Virus record (IMG/VR): IMGVR_UViG_3300034190_002630
Origin: a virus
Length of the DNA stretch: 64,000 nucleotides
Direction: 5' to 3' (one strand)
How positions within the stretch are numbered: the stretch's first letter is position 1; every line of letters begins with the position of its first letter. This document shows positions 17,694-30,000 of this stretch, piece after piece. The notes under the pieces are model-generated. The model saw nothing but the letters and a program-made list of their open reading frames with translations, was not told the DNA's origin and ran no database searches. The position numbers were made by a program, and so were the translations under genes.

Positions 17694-20600
17694 ATGAGTC
17701 ATGATCCTAAATTCAATAAAAAGATATCACCTCTTATAAAAGGTCAATTACCAGACTTTTTACAAGACGCAGATTTCGAAACTTATAGAAATTTCGTAAG
17801 AGACTTCTATAAATTTTTAGAATCTGCAAGGATGAAGTTTACTTACACTACAAACTACCTTGTTTTAGAACCTGTCACTAAATCTTATGTTTTAGAAGAA
17901 ACAGATGATAACAGAGTTGTATTAGAAGACTCAGTTGAATTTACAATAGGTGAAACAATAGTAGGACAAACATCAGGTGCCGAAGCAACTGTGCTTGTTA
18001 ATGATGCAAGAAACTCTCAAATCTATATCACATCAAATCAAAGGTTTGAACTTGGTGAAATTGTTAAAGGAAACACATCAGGTTCTGAAGCAACATTAGA
18101 TGCATACAAAACAAACCCTGTTCAGAATATTCAACAAATGTTGGATTATGCAAATATTGATAATACAATCTTTGAATACTTTGATCAGTTTAGAGAAGCA
18201 TTTTTAAGTGTTATACCTAAGACACTTGCCACAGGTGTTGCAAAAAGAAAACTTGTAAAAAATATTAAAGATCTATATTCTGCAAAAGGAACTAGAGATG
18301 GTCACAAACTTTTCTTTAGAATATTATTAGGTGAGAATGCAGAAATATTTTATCCAAACGAAAATATTCTAAATGTATCTGGTGGTGATTGGAGAGGCAA
18401 ATTAAAAATAAGATGTACATCATCAGGTGCATCTTCTAATGAAGCAGTTGGTCAAGTAATCACAGGTAGATCATCAGGCGCAACTGCAAGTGTTGATGCC
18501 GCCTCTGTGTTTCAGCAAGACACAGCTTCTGTCGTTGAGTTTGATATAGAAAATGTAGTAGGAACTTTTACAAGTGGAGAGACTTTAGATTTAACATCAG
18601 CAGTAACAGATACACCTATCACATTTGTTATTAAATCAATTGTTACAAAAGCAAACATAGTTAATGATGGTATATTACACACTGCAAAAGAAGCACTGAC
18701 AGTTGATAATACAAAAGGAAATGGTTTTGCAGATGTGCTTGTTAATAATATCAAAAGAGGTTCTGTATCAGATGTATTTGTTCAAACAGTAGGTAGTGGA
18801 TATGAGGTAGGTGATAAACTTACATTCACAGGTGGTGACGGTATCACAAGAGCAACAGGTATAGTATCAGCAGTTGGTGGTGGTATTGCATTAGAAGATA
18901 GTTCAGGTAATCTTATTATTGATAGTGGAACAGAATCAACTGAAGAACCATTTAACATTGCGTTAGAATCACAAGATGTAGTTGATGGCCCATTTTATCT
19001 TTATGGTACAGCAGAGTATGATCAAAAAGGTGCTGGCAAAACAGGTTATTTTTATCCTTTATTTTTAACACAATCAGGTGCAGGTGGAGAAGATAACTCA
19101 CACGCACATACTTTTATAGATTTTCCTGGCGTTACTTTTTACATGCCAAATGCAACAGTCAATCATGGTATGGCAGATTTTCCAACAGGTTCATATGATA
19201 GTAATCCTTACGTTGAATATCCATTACCAGAAAATGATCTTTTAATTTTAGACGGAACAGATTTATCAAGTTCAGATGCAGGTGACAATATTCTTACAAA
19301 TGAAACTCAAGTATCTTTAGATACATTTTCAACACCAAATGATATACTTGTTCTTGAACATGACACGTTTGCAACTGATGCTGAAGCATCATCAATAAGA
19401 GACGTATTTTTATCTAACGGTGGTGAGGGATATGATGCACTTCCAACAATAACAGTTCAATCATCTAATGGTAGTGGTGCAAAAATTCTTGCACTTACAA
19501 CTGACATTGGTGCAGTAGAATCTTTAGTGATTAATGATAGTGGAATTAATTATAATCAAGATGATAAACCTGATGTAGAGTTAATCGCACACTTTATTTT
19601 AAAAGATGTTTCTGGTACGTTTGAAACAGACAACACATTGACCACACATGTTGGAACTGTAAAAAGTTTTGACTCAGATAGACAACAATTAAATACTACT
19701 TTTGAAAATAAAATAAAATTTGATTTAGAACAATCAACAGCATTTAACATACCTTTTGTTCAAGAAGGTAATAGTTCAGCAGTAAATGAAAATAATTTAT
19801 TGGCAGAAGATACTCAAATAGAAGTTACAGATGATGACGATAATATTATTTTAAATGGCACAAGTGTTACAACTGAAGCGACACAATTTATTAATGTTGA
19901 TGTAAAACATTTTGATGTTGCTTCTCCTAACGCACAAGATTATTTTATAGTAGATAATGTAAGACAAAAACAATTAAGATTGAAAAAAGGTAACACTTAT
20001 TATTTTGATTTATCTGATTCATCTTTGTTCAATGCAGACACCTCTTTAAATCGTCCTTTTAGATTTTCCACAACTGAAGATGGCACACACAACAGTGGCA
20101 CTGAATATACGACTGGTGTTACAAAATCAGCATCAACAACTGCAATCGGAACAACTGGTGCATTCATACAAATAGTCGTTGCAAATGATGCTCCACAATT
20201 ATTTTATTATAATCCTAATAATAGTGGTGAAGGTGGAAAGGTTGAAGTTGTATCTAGGAATACTATTATTGCTGATGCAGGTTCTAATGTTTTATTAGAC
20301 GGAACAAGTGTAAATAAAGATAGATTATTAATTGAAACACCAGCAGGTGAAAATCCTTTACTTGGTATTGATATGGAAGATAACTCTGGTGACATACTTT
20401 TAGAATCTACTTTCTTAGGTGTTATTGGTGATGAGAATGGTAAAGTAGTTTTAGATAGTTTACATAATATAGGCACAAGATTTTTAGCGGCCGAATCAAG
20501 TCTTGATGATCGAAGACTAAAAAATGAACAAGTTGGTAATTTAATTATAGCAGAAACAGGTGATAGATTAGTTGGTGAAACACAAAACTCTACATCTATT

Positions 20601-21452
20601 GGTGATCATATTGTTCTTGATGGCACAGACGCATCACAAAATAACGCAGGTCAAAATTTAATCAATCAAGAAGACATTGATTTCTCAGGTCAAGATGTTG
20701 TTATCACTGATTCTAGTGGTGCAACAGGTACAATATTATTAGCAGATATTGCGACTGCCACTGTTGATGTTGATGTGACACAAGATACAGAAGGTAATTA
20801 TATTAATGTTAAATCATTAGTGGGTGAGGATTTAATTAGAGTTCAAGATTCTTATTACTATCAACAGTTTTCTTATGAAGTGCAAGTTGGTCAGTCAACT
20901 GCAACATTCATAAACGAACTAAAGAAAGCAGTACACCCTGCTGGATTTGCACCATTTGGAAAAGTTTCTATTGCATCATTTATATCAGCCGCAATAGGAA
21001 CGACAGGTTCACAACAAGCAGACCCTGTAGATTCTACTGAAACATTCTCACCAATTCTTGCATCTACATTTGATTTCATATTTGATGAAGTATTGCAGAG
21101 AAGACATCATGTACCTAGAGTTGGTGCAAGGATAGGTAATAGAACTGATAAAATTACAATAGATGGTTCTTCAACATCAACACTTGCACTTGATGGTAGT
21201 GATAGTTCATCATCAAATGCAGGTAGCACAATTATTGCAGAGGACGATTTAGGTAATGTTAATATGATAGCAGAAAGTGCTTTATCACAAGATGCAAATG
21301 GAAGTATAAAATGTGAAGAGGGAACACTTACAATCTACGGACAAGGTAATAGAATATTTGCAGAAACAGCATCAGTTCAAGGTGGTGATCACGAACTTGT
21401 ATTTGTTCCGAATATAAATGTAGTAGTACAATCACAAGCGAGGGCAAGATAA
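17694..21452 (+). CDS. gp7: Baseplate wedge initiator (gp7-like), extended
   Basis: QLP.F, K.IKDLY.AKGT..KL.FRIL.GE, VQDSYYYQ.FSY and VHPAGF motifs. Confidence 0.85.
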   Translation: MSHDPKFNKKISPLIKGQLPDFLQDADFETYRNFVRDFYKFLESARMKFTYTTNYLVLEPVTKSYVLEETDDNRVVLEDSVEFTIGETIVGQTSGAEATVLVNDARNSQIYITSNQRFELGEIVKGNTSGSEATLDAYKTNPVQNIQQMLDYANIDNTIFEYFDQFREAFLSVIPKTLATGVAKRKLVKNIKDLYSAKGTRDGHKLFFRILLGENAEIFYPNENILNVSGGDWRGKLKIRCTSSGASSNEAVGQVITGRSSGATASVDAASVFQQDTASVVEFDIENVVGTFTSGETLDLTSAVTDTPITFVIKSIVTKANIVNDGILHTAKEALTVDNTKGNGFADVLVNNIKRGSVSDVFVQTVGSGYEVGDKLTFTGGDGITRATGIVSAVGGGIALEDSSGNLIIDSGTESTEEPFNIALESQDVVDGPFYLYGTAEYDQKGAGKTGYFYPLFLTQSGAGGEDNSHAHTFIDFPGVTFYMPNATVNHGMADFPTGSYDSNPYVEYPLPENDLLILDGTDLSSSDAGDNILTNETQVSLDTFSTPNDILVLEHDTFATDAEASSIRDVFLSNGGEGYDALPTITVQSSNGSGAKILALTTDIGAVESLVINDSGINYNQDDKPDVELIAHFILKDVSGTFETDNTLTTHVGTVKSFDSDRQQLNTTFENKIKFDLEQSTAFNIPFVQEGNSSAVNENNLLAEDTQIEVTDDDDNIILNGTSVTTEATQFINVDVKHFDVASPNAQDYFIVDNVRQKQLRLKKGNTYYFDLSDSSLFNADTSLNRPFRFSTTEDGTHNSGTEYTTGVTKSASTTAIGTTGAFIQIVVANDAPQLFYYNPNNSGEGGKVEVVSRNTIIADAGSNVLLDGTSVNKDRLLIETPAGENPLLGIDMEDNSGDILLESTFLGVIGDENGKVVLDSLHNIGTRFLAAESSLDDRRLKNEQVGNLIIAETGDRLVGETQNSTSIGDHIVLDGTDASQNNAGQNLINQEDIDFSGQDVVITDSSGATGTILLADIATATVDVDVTQDTEGNYINVKSLVGEDLIRVQDSYYYQQFSYEVQVGQSTATFINELKKAVHPAGFAPFGKVSIASFISAAIGTTGSQQADPVDSTETFSPILASTFDFIFDEVLQRRHHVPRVGARIGNRTDKITIDGSSTSTLALDGSDSSSSNAGSTIIAEDDLGNVNMIAESALSQDANGSIKCEEGTLTIYGQGNRIFAETASVQGGDHELVFVPNINVVVQSQARAR

Positions 21453-22549
21453 TGGCACAGAAAAATTTATTATTACATTTAGGAAAAGATTCATTTGGTG
21501 CTCAAGACGGTGATGGTATACAACTTGAAAATAGATCAGACGGATCTTTTGAATATGGAAAAATTATTTTAGACGGAACAGAGCCATTAGGGATTGTTAA
21601 CTTTCTTGTTCAAGAAACAAATGGTGATAATCTTATCGCAGAAGATTCTTTACAAAGAACTAATCAAGTAAATCTTATCGCAGAAGATTCTATATTTTCT
21701 TTTGGAAGAACACAAGTACAAAACATAGGTGAGACTTTATTACAAGATAATCCTACAGATGTTGAACTAATAACAATCGCAGATATGGACGGAATCAGAA
21801 TCGTAGATATTATTAGAAATAGTAAAATACTTTTAGAAAATCCAGCATCAGTTGAAGGATTTAAGTTTATGAACAAAATTATTTCAGAGTTAGATAATGT
21901 GACACCACTAAAAAGTGAAGCAAGTCTAGGTGGAAAATTTTTAGTATATGAAGATGGCACGTTTCCTGTATTAAATCCATTTGTTAATTTACAAAGTGGT
22001 CAAGGTGATATCAATTCTGGTTCCACAGATGAGGATGGTATTCAAATAGAAGGTGGTGGATTAGTTCTTGCAGAAACAGGACAAAGACTGATCAGTGAAT
22101 CATTATTAGGAAACAAAAACTTTGCACAAGAGGTCAATGGAGTTTTAGAGATAGAGGACTACTCACCTAACTCTAACATTGTTCACTTGATGGCAGAAAC
22201 TGGCACACGAGGAACTGATGGTTTTAGAATGTCATTAGAAAGATCACTACAACCAGAAAACAAAGATGGTATATTATTAGAAGACTCTGAAATAGATAAT
22301 CTTGTGTTGAATGGAACAGATTTAAGTTCTACAGACGCAGGTGATAAAATTTTATATGAAATAGATTTAAATGATATAGATTTACAAACAAATCTAATAT
22401 TAGCAGAACAAACACACATATTTTTTGATGAAGGACAAATCCCACATCAAAACTTTGATTTAAGTTTGAACGAAGGTAGACCAAATGACTTGATCGCAAA
22501 AGGAAGTGTACCAGTGACCTTAAGTTCAGTGATAGGATTATCTACTTAG
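21452..22549 (+). CDS. Acidic virion structural protein with LxxE/DG repeats
   Basis: Between gp7 and gp8; shares repeats with gp7. Confidence 0.65.
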   Translation: MAQKNLLLHLGKDSFGAQDGDGIQLENRSDGSFEYGKIILDGTEPLGIVNFLVQETNGDNLIAEDSLQRTNQVNLIAEDSIFSFGRTQVQNIGETLLQDNPTDVELITIADMDGIRIVDIIRNSKILLENPASVEGFKFMNKIISELDNVTPLKSEASLGGKFLVYEDGTFPVLNPFVNLQSGQGDINSGSTDEDGIQIEGGGLVLAETGQRLISESLLGNKNFAQEVNGVLEIEDYSPNSNIVHLMAETGTRGTDGFRMSLERSLQPENKDGILLEDSEIDNLVLNGTDLSSTDAGDKILYEIDLNDIDLQTNLILAEQTHIFFDEGQIPHQNFDLSLNEGRPNDLIAKGSVPVTLSSVIGLST

Positions 22550-22552
22550 GAG

Positions 22553-22572
22553 TATAAATAACAGTATAAATA
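22553..22572 (+). promoter_or_regulatory. Tandem late promoters
   Basis: TATAAATA at 22553 and 22565. Confidence 0.7.
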
Positions 22573-22592
22573 TAACAAAGGAAGAGTAAGTC

Positions 22593-24086
22593 ATGACAGC
22601 AATAATTACAGAAAAGTTTAGGTTGCATAACGCATCACAGTTTGTTGAGTCGTTTTCAGAGGCGGCAAAATCAACATATTATCTATTCATAGGTAAAGCA
22701 ACACCATTTACAAGTGGAACAAGTGGAGGATCAGATACATCCCCACCCACACCTGCAGACGCAGTTTCAAACGAATTTTACAGATATGATTCAATGTTGG
22801 CTGCAAAACTTATTACAAGTTCAGATGTCTCTAACGCTCTTCCTAGAGTAAACTGGGCTAACAGTACAGTATTTGACAGATATGATGATCAAGTAACATC
22901 ATCAAACACAACAACATCAGGTGCATCATCAATTTATCAAGGTAATTTTTATTTTCTTACATCTACAAACAAAGTATATAAAGTATTAAACAATAATGGT
23001 GGCACTGCATTTTCTGGTTCTGAACCTACCTCTACATCTACGTCACCATTTGAATCAGGTGGTTACGTGTTAAAGTACATGTATGAGATAACATCCTCAG
23101 AAGCAACTAAATTTTTAACAACTGATTACATGCCAGTATCCACAGACTCAACTGTATCAGCAGCCGCAACTGATGGTAAGATAGAATCACTTGCGATAAC
23201 TGTAGGATCTGGTTACAATGACGGAACATATTATTTTCCCGTATTTGGTGATGGCACAAGTCAAGGAACATCTTCTGGTGCGATAGTCCGTGCAACTGTT
23301 TCAGGTGGAGCATTTGCAGATTTTGGTTTGACTGCTGGAACAGATACAACAATACATGCAGGTGGATCAGGTTATACTTTTGCAAACGTTTCATTAACAA
23401 ACGTATTTTCTGATGCAGCTTTATCATCATCAACAACTGTTGGTTCTGGTACTGGTGCAGTTATTCGTCCAATCATATCACCTAAAGATGGTCACGGTGC
23501 AAACGCTGTAAATGAACTAGGTGGTCACTTTGTAATAACAAATACAACACTAACTCAAGCAGAGGGTGATGACTTTACAACTGCAAACGATTTTAGAAAT
23601 GTAGGTATCGTTGTAGATCCAACAGATTTTGGAACATCAACTATTGCAACTGCATCAACAAGAAGAATGACATATGTTGTTAAGTTTTCTTCAAACACAG
23701 GAAACTTTGATGTTGATGAACAGATTACACAAGCAACTACAGGCGCCGTTGGTAGAGTGGTTGAATGGGATAATTCTAGAAAATTATTATTTTATCAACA
23801 AGAGAGATTTTCAAGTTATGGAACAGCAACTACTACACAATCTTTCACAGCATTTAGTGGTGCAAATAATATCACTGGTGCAACGAGTGGAGCTGTAGGA
23901 ACACCAAGTACAACAGGTTCTGAAACTGTAACACTTGCAGGTGGTAATACAATCACTTTAACAAGTGGATATGCAAACCCAGAATTAAAGTTTGACTCTG
24001 GTAACATAATTTATACAGAAAATAGAAAACCAATACAAAGAGTTTCAGATCAAACCGAAGACATAAAGATAATTATAGAGTTCTAA
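22593..24086 (+). CDS. gp8: Baseplate wedge subunit
   Basis: MTAIITEKFR..NA..F, YYLFIG, GY..KYMY, GHG, ENR.PI.R..DQTEDIKIIIEF. Confidence 0.92.
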   Translation: MTAIITEKFRLHNASQFVESFSEAAKSTYYLFIGKATPFTSGTSGGSDTSPPTPADAVSNEFYRYDSMLAAKLITSSDVSNALPRVNWANSTVFDRYDDQVTSSNTTTSGASSIYQGNFYFLTSTNKVYKVLNNNGGTAFSGSEPTSTSTSPFESGGYVLKYMYEITSSEATKFLTTDYMPVSTDSTVSAAATDGKIESLAITVGSGYNDGTYYFPVFGDGTSQGTSSGAIVRATVSGGAFADFGLTAGTDTTIHAGGSGYTFANVSLTNVFSDAALSSSTTVGSGTGAVIRPIISPKDGHGANAVNELGGHFVITNTTLTQAEGDDFTTANDFRNVGIVVDPTDFGTSTIATASTRRMTYVVKFSSNTGNFDVDEQITQATTGAVGRVVEWDNSRKLLFYQQERFSSYGTATTTQSFTAFSGANNITGATSGAVGTPSTTGSETVTLAGGNTITLTSGYANPELKFDSGNIIYTENRKPIQRVSDQTEDIKIIIEF

Positions 24087-24087
24087 T

Positions 24088-27000
24088 ATGGTACAAAAAA
24101 CAGATTTAAATGTTGCGCCATATTATGACGACTTCAGCGAAGATAAAAATTTTCATCGTATTTTATTCAGACCTGGTTTTGCAGTACAAGCACGAGAACT
24201 AACACAATTACAATCTATACTACAAAATCAGATTGAACGATTTGGTAATCACATGTTCCAAGAAGGAACTGCTGTTATACCTGGTAATCAAAATATTAAT
24301 CCTAATTATTATTCTATTAGACTTGCATCAACTTTTGCAGGTGAAACAATTGATGTGTCAAAATATTATAATGCATCATCGCCTATAGAGATACAAGGTG
24401 CGACAAGTGGAGTAAGAGCAAAAGTCATAGGATTTAAAGCTGCAACTGCAACAACTCAACCTTTACTTTATGTGCATTATGTATCATCAGGTTCTGATTT
24501 AGAAACAACAGTTTTTCAAGATGGCGAAAATATATTTGCTGATGCAGCCATAACTCATACGACTGCATATTCTATCAATGCTAATTCAGCAACTACATTT
24601 ACACCAACAGACGATACAACTGCATCTCAAATAGGAACTGCTGTCACTGCAGGCGGTGGAGTATATTATATTCGTGGAACTTTTGTTCAAATGACTGAAC
24701 AAACAGTCGTTTTATCTGATAATAGTCAAACTGCAACAGGAAGAGTAGGATTTACAGTATCAGAGGAGTTGATATCACCTGAAACAGATGAATCTTTGAC
24801 AGATAATGCAACAGGTGCTTCAAACTTTGCAGCCAAAGGTGCTCATCGATTAAAGATAAGTTTAAATTTAACATCTATTGATTTGAACTCTACTGCTGAT
24901 GAAAATTTTGTAGAAATACTTAGAGTCAATGAGGGTTCAAATGAATTAGAAGCAAGACCTACAGAATATTCTGTAATAGGTGATACACTTGCTAGAAGAA
25001 CATTTGACGAATCAGGTGATTATACTGTTAGACCTTTTCAGATTGATGCTAGAGAAGGTGTCACATCTACAGTCAAAGGTGAAGAGTTTAGAGGTGTCTA
25101 TGCTAATTTAGAAGATCAAACACAAGACGGAAACGCCGCATCTGAAGATAAGTTTGTTGTTGCAGTGTCACCAGGTAAAGCATATGTTCGTGGATATGAA
25201 ATAGAAAAAACTGCAATAACATTTAAGGATGTTAACAAAGCAAGAGACTTTGATACAGTAAATACAGGTACACTTAATACAGAGTTAGGTAACTTTGTAA
25301 AAATTACGAACTTATATAATCAACCACAAGTTTCAGATATAAGTGGTGAGACAACACCATACAAACAAATTCAACTACATGATGATGTAATTAATACAAG
25401 AGGAACAGCGAGAGGAAGACACATAGGAGTTGCAAGAGCAAGAACTATTGAGTTTGACTCTGGTACTGCTGGAAACACAGATGCAGTTTACAAATTATTT
25501 TTATTTGATATTCGTCTATTTACATATTTAACATTATCAGGTGAACCATCAGCAACATTAACATCTAATCATTCAAATGGTGGAATACAAGTAAAAGGTG
25601 TTACCTCTGGTGCGACAGGTTTTGTTTTCGGAAGTTTGACATCAGGTCAAACAGTTGTTCTCACAAATGTTTCTGGTACATTTACATCAGGTGAAAAAAT
25701 TACTGCGTCTGATAGTAGCGAATCAGATCAAATCGTTGAAGACTCAGCAAATGCAGATTTGACAATATCTGAAGTAGTGACTCATGAGATTTCTCAAGCA
25801 AGATCATTATTTCAAGATGATGATGATGCAGGTCAAGACTTTACTGCTGATCTAGTTCTAACAGGTAATGTAGTCGGATCATTAATCGCAGACGGAACAG
25901 ATGCAGGTGGAACAAATGAAAATGCAAACTTTGTATCTGAACAAGATGGCACATCTACTATTGCTTTAGAAACTAGACAAGTTGCCGCACTTACAAACCC
26001 AGAAAAAAATGTTGCATTATATAAACTTTCAAAATCAGCTGTAAAAACTTTATTAACAACTGCGAATGAGGCAGCATCCGATACATCATTTACAATAAGA
26101 AAACAATTTATTGGCACAACAAATTCATCTGGTGCCGTATCATTTACTGCAGGTGCAAATGAAACATTCTTATCTCACACTGAAAAAGACTTTACTCTAA
26201 ACGTATTAACAGCAGGCAGTGGTAGTTCTGTTCAAGGTGATATAGTTTCAGTTAGTGGTAATATCGCTGGAACAGGAACATCAACTATAACAATTACAGA
26301 TAATTCAAGTTTTGGTAACGCTGCAAAAGTTATGTTAACTGCAACATTATTAAAAACAAATATTACACAAAGAATAAAAACTACAAATTTATCTAAACAA
26401 GTAAAAGTTGCAGGTGCAACCGCAGGTGCGTTTGGAACAAAAGCAACTGACACTACAATATCTTTAGGAAGAGCAGATGTATTTAATCTTGGTGCTGTCT
26501 TTGATTCTGAAGATACAAGTAGTGATGCATCTTTACCAACACTTACATTATCAAGTGTAGTTGGTACATTTATCAGAGGTGAAAAGATTACAGGTGGTAC
26601 ATCAGGTGCAACTGCACATGTTGTAAATCCAACAACACCTATATCATATTATTTAATTAATGGTGCAGGTGCAACTGACTTTTCTGCAAGTGAAACAATT
26701 ACTGGTGCATCATCAGGTGCGACTGCAACTGTGTCATCACTAACTGCTGGATCAAAAGTCATTACATCTAATTATACATTAGATACAGGTCAAAGAGATA
26801 ACTTTTATGACATCGCAAGAATACAATTAAAACCTGAGACTGCAAAACCAAGAGGAAGATTATTAGTTGTATTTGATTTCTTTGAACATTCTAGTGGTTT
26901 ATTTTTTAGTGTTGATTCTTATACAGATGTTGCAGGTCGTATGGGATACGATGACATTCCAACTTACACAGCAACGAGAGTTGACCCAGATGAACCAGAA

Positions 27001-30000
27001 CCAACAGGCGAATTTGATCTATCAGATTGTTTAGATTTTAGACCAACTGCTGAAGATATCACTGGTACATCAACAACTTTAGCATCTATTGATACAATTA
27101 CAGGTCACTCATTTGATTTCTTCCATAGACAGTTTGATGGTGTTGGTGGTGCGACTGTTGATACACCAAAACCAGGCACATTAGGAACATTAGATTTTGA
27201 ATTTTATTTAAACAAAATAGCATCTTTATTTTTAACACAAAGTGGTTCATTTAAAATAGTTGAGGGATCACCTGCTGAAGTGCCAACTGAACCTAAAGAT
27301 ATAGATGGTGCAATGAAACTTGCAACTATGTTTATACCTGCATTTACTTTTAAACCAACAGATGTTAGATTTGAAAGAATAAAAAATCAAAGATTTACCA
27401 TGAGAGATATTGGTAAGTTACAAAAAAGAATACAAAATTTAGAATATTATACAAACTTATCATTATTAGAAAGAGACGCAGAATCATTTGAAGTTCTTGA
27501 TGCAAACGGATTGAATAGATTTAAATCTGGTTTCATCGTAGATAATTTTGCAGGTCACAGAGTTGGTGATGTAAAAAACAAAGATTATAAAAATGCAATA
27601 GATCAAGAGAACAAAGAACTAAGACCTAAGTGTGTATTGAGAGCTGCATCACTTGAGGAAAATGTATCAACTGATACAGAAAGAACAACATTAGGTTATC
27701 AAAAAACTGGTGATCTTATTACTCTTCCTTATACTGAAGTTGTTCAGTCAGAAAATCCATATGCAACAACACTTGAAAAAGTAAATCCATATCTAAATGC
27801 AAACTGGGTTGGTAATATTGATTTATCACCTGCAAGTGATGAGTGGTTTGAAACAGAAACAAAACCAGATTTAATTATTAACGTTGACGGAAACTATGAT
27901 GCAGTTTTAGCCGCAAATGAAAATAGACTTGGTACTATTTGGAACTCTTGGGAAACTCAATGGTCAGGTGTTGTATCCACAAAAACTGAAAAAGTTAAAC
28001 AAGGTCGTTCAACTATAACAAGAAGTATAGAGACAACAAGATCAGATTTAAGTAGAACAGGTATCAGAACTGAATTAGTTGAACAAGTTGAAGAAGAAAC
28101 ACAAGGAACAAGAACATTATCAAAAGCATTGATACCTTGGATAAGACCTAGAACAATAACTTTCACTGGTACTGGTTTCTATCCAAACACTAAAGTTTAT
28201 CCTTTCTTTGACGGAACAGATGTTGCAAAATTTGTAACACCATCCTCAACAGAATTTACAAATGCTTCTACAGTAGTTGAAGGATCTCAGTTGGTTACAA
28301 ACTCAACTGGTAATGTAAACGGAACATTTAGAATACCAGAGTATAGATTTAAAGGTCAAGAGAATATTCCTAAATTTAAAACTGGTGAAGTAGAATTTAG
28401 ATTAACATCAAGTTCAACAAATGATCAAATAACTCTTCCAAAAACTGCAGCCAGTGTTACATATCAAGCAAAAGGTATTTTAGAAACTGAGCAAGAAACA
28501 ATTCTTGCAACAAGAAATGCAAGTGTATCACAAAGGTTCGTAACTGAAACAACATCAATATTAGATACCTCAACAAGAACAATCAGTGTAGAGGATTCAG
28601 GTAATGATCGTGACATTGAAAGAAATAGATCAAATCTTAATATTGGTTCAACAGATCCAAATAGATATAGACTATCAGGTAATTTTGGTTACTCAGCCAA
28701 CACATTAGGGGGATTTTCAACTGTAGGTGGTAATAGACAACTAGCTCGAATATCATGTAGATATAATGATCCTATCGCACAAACATTTATTGTTGAAGAG
28801 TCTGGTGGATGTTTCTTAACATCTGTAGATTTATACTTTGGTGCAAAAGACAATGATCAACCTGTTTGGATAGAATTAAGAAACGTAATAAATGGATACC
28901 CTGGTCCAAAAATTTTACCATTTGGTAGAAAACTTTTACAGGCCGCAGACATAAACACATCAACTGATGCATCAACTGCCACAACATATACATTTGACTC
29001 ACCTGTATTTGTAAAGGAAGGACAAGAGTATTGCATAGTCGTTAGAACACATTCTAACTCACCTGCTCTTTGGATTTCACAAATGGGTCAAACAGATGTT
29101 GGTGGATCAAGAATAGTTTCAAAACAACCACACTTAGGTGTATTATTTAAATCACAAAATAATTCAACTTGGACTGCAATACAATCTGAAGATATGAAGT
29201 TCACAGTTAGAAAAGCATCTTTTGATACATCCAAAGTTGGAACACTAACTTTACAAAATAAAGTAATTGGTGAGGCAGTATCAAATGAATTAGGAACAAC
29301 TGTTTATGGTAAGAGACTAAAATCAAATCCTATCATATTAACAAACAGTTCAACAGTATTAAAAGTAAAACATATAGATCATGGCATGTATTCAACTTCT
29401 AACAATGTAAGAATTACAGGTGTCTCATCAGGTATCAGTACGACATTAAACGGAGCGATAAGTGCCTCTGCAACATCTCTTACTTTGACATCAAATACAA
29501 ACTTCCCAGCTGGAAGTATCACTTTGAAAATAGGAAATGAAATAATTACAGGTTCAAACAGTAGTGGAACAGTTTCATCATTGACAAGAGCAACTGACGG
29601 ATCAACTGCTGTAAATCATGCAAGTGGTGATACAGTTGAATTGTATCAAATACTTGGAACACCATTGACAGAGATAAACAAAGTTCATACTGCTCTTGCA
29701 AACATTGGTATGGATTCATACACAGTAAGTTTAACAACTGCACCAACAATTAGTGGTGGATCAACAACAAGTGAAGTTGGTGGTAACAATGTCTATGCAT
29801 CAGAAAACTATAGATACGAATCTGGTAAAACTTTGATAGGTGCATTAGAACTTCCAAATACAAAGATAGTTACATCACTAAGAAACACAACAGGAACATC
29901 ACCAAGTGGTAGTGAAACATCATTTACTACAACAACACTTGCAAACGCTATAAGTATTCCTTTGAATGAGAACTTTGATAACTCAGTGACAAATATAGTC

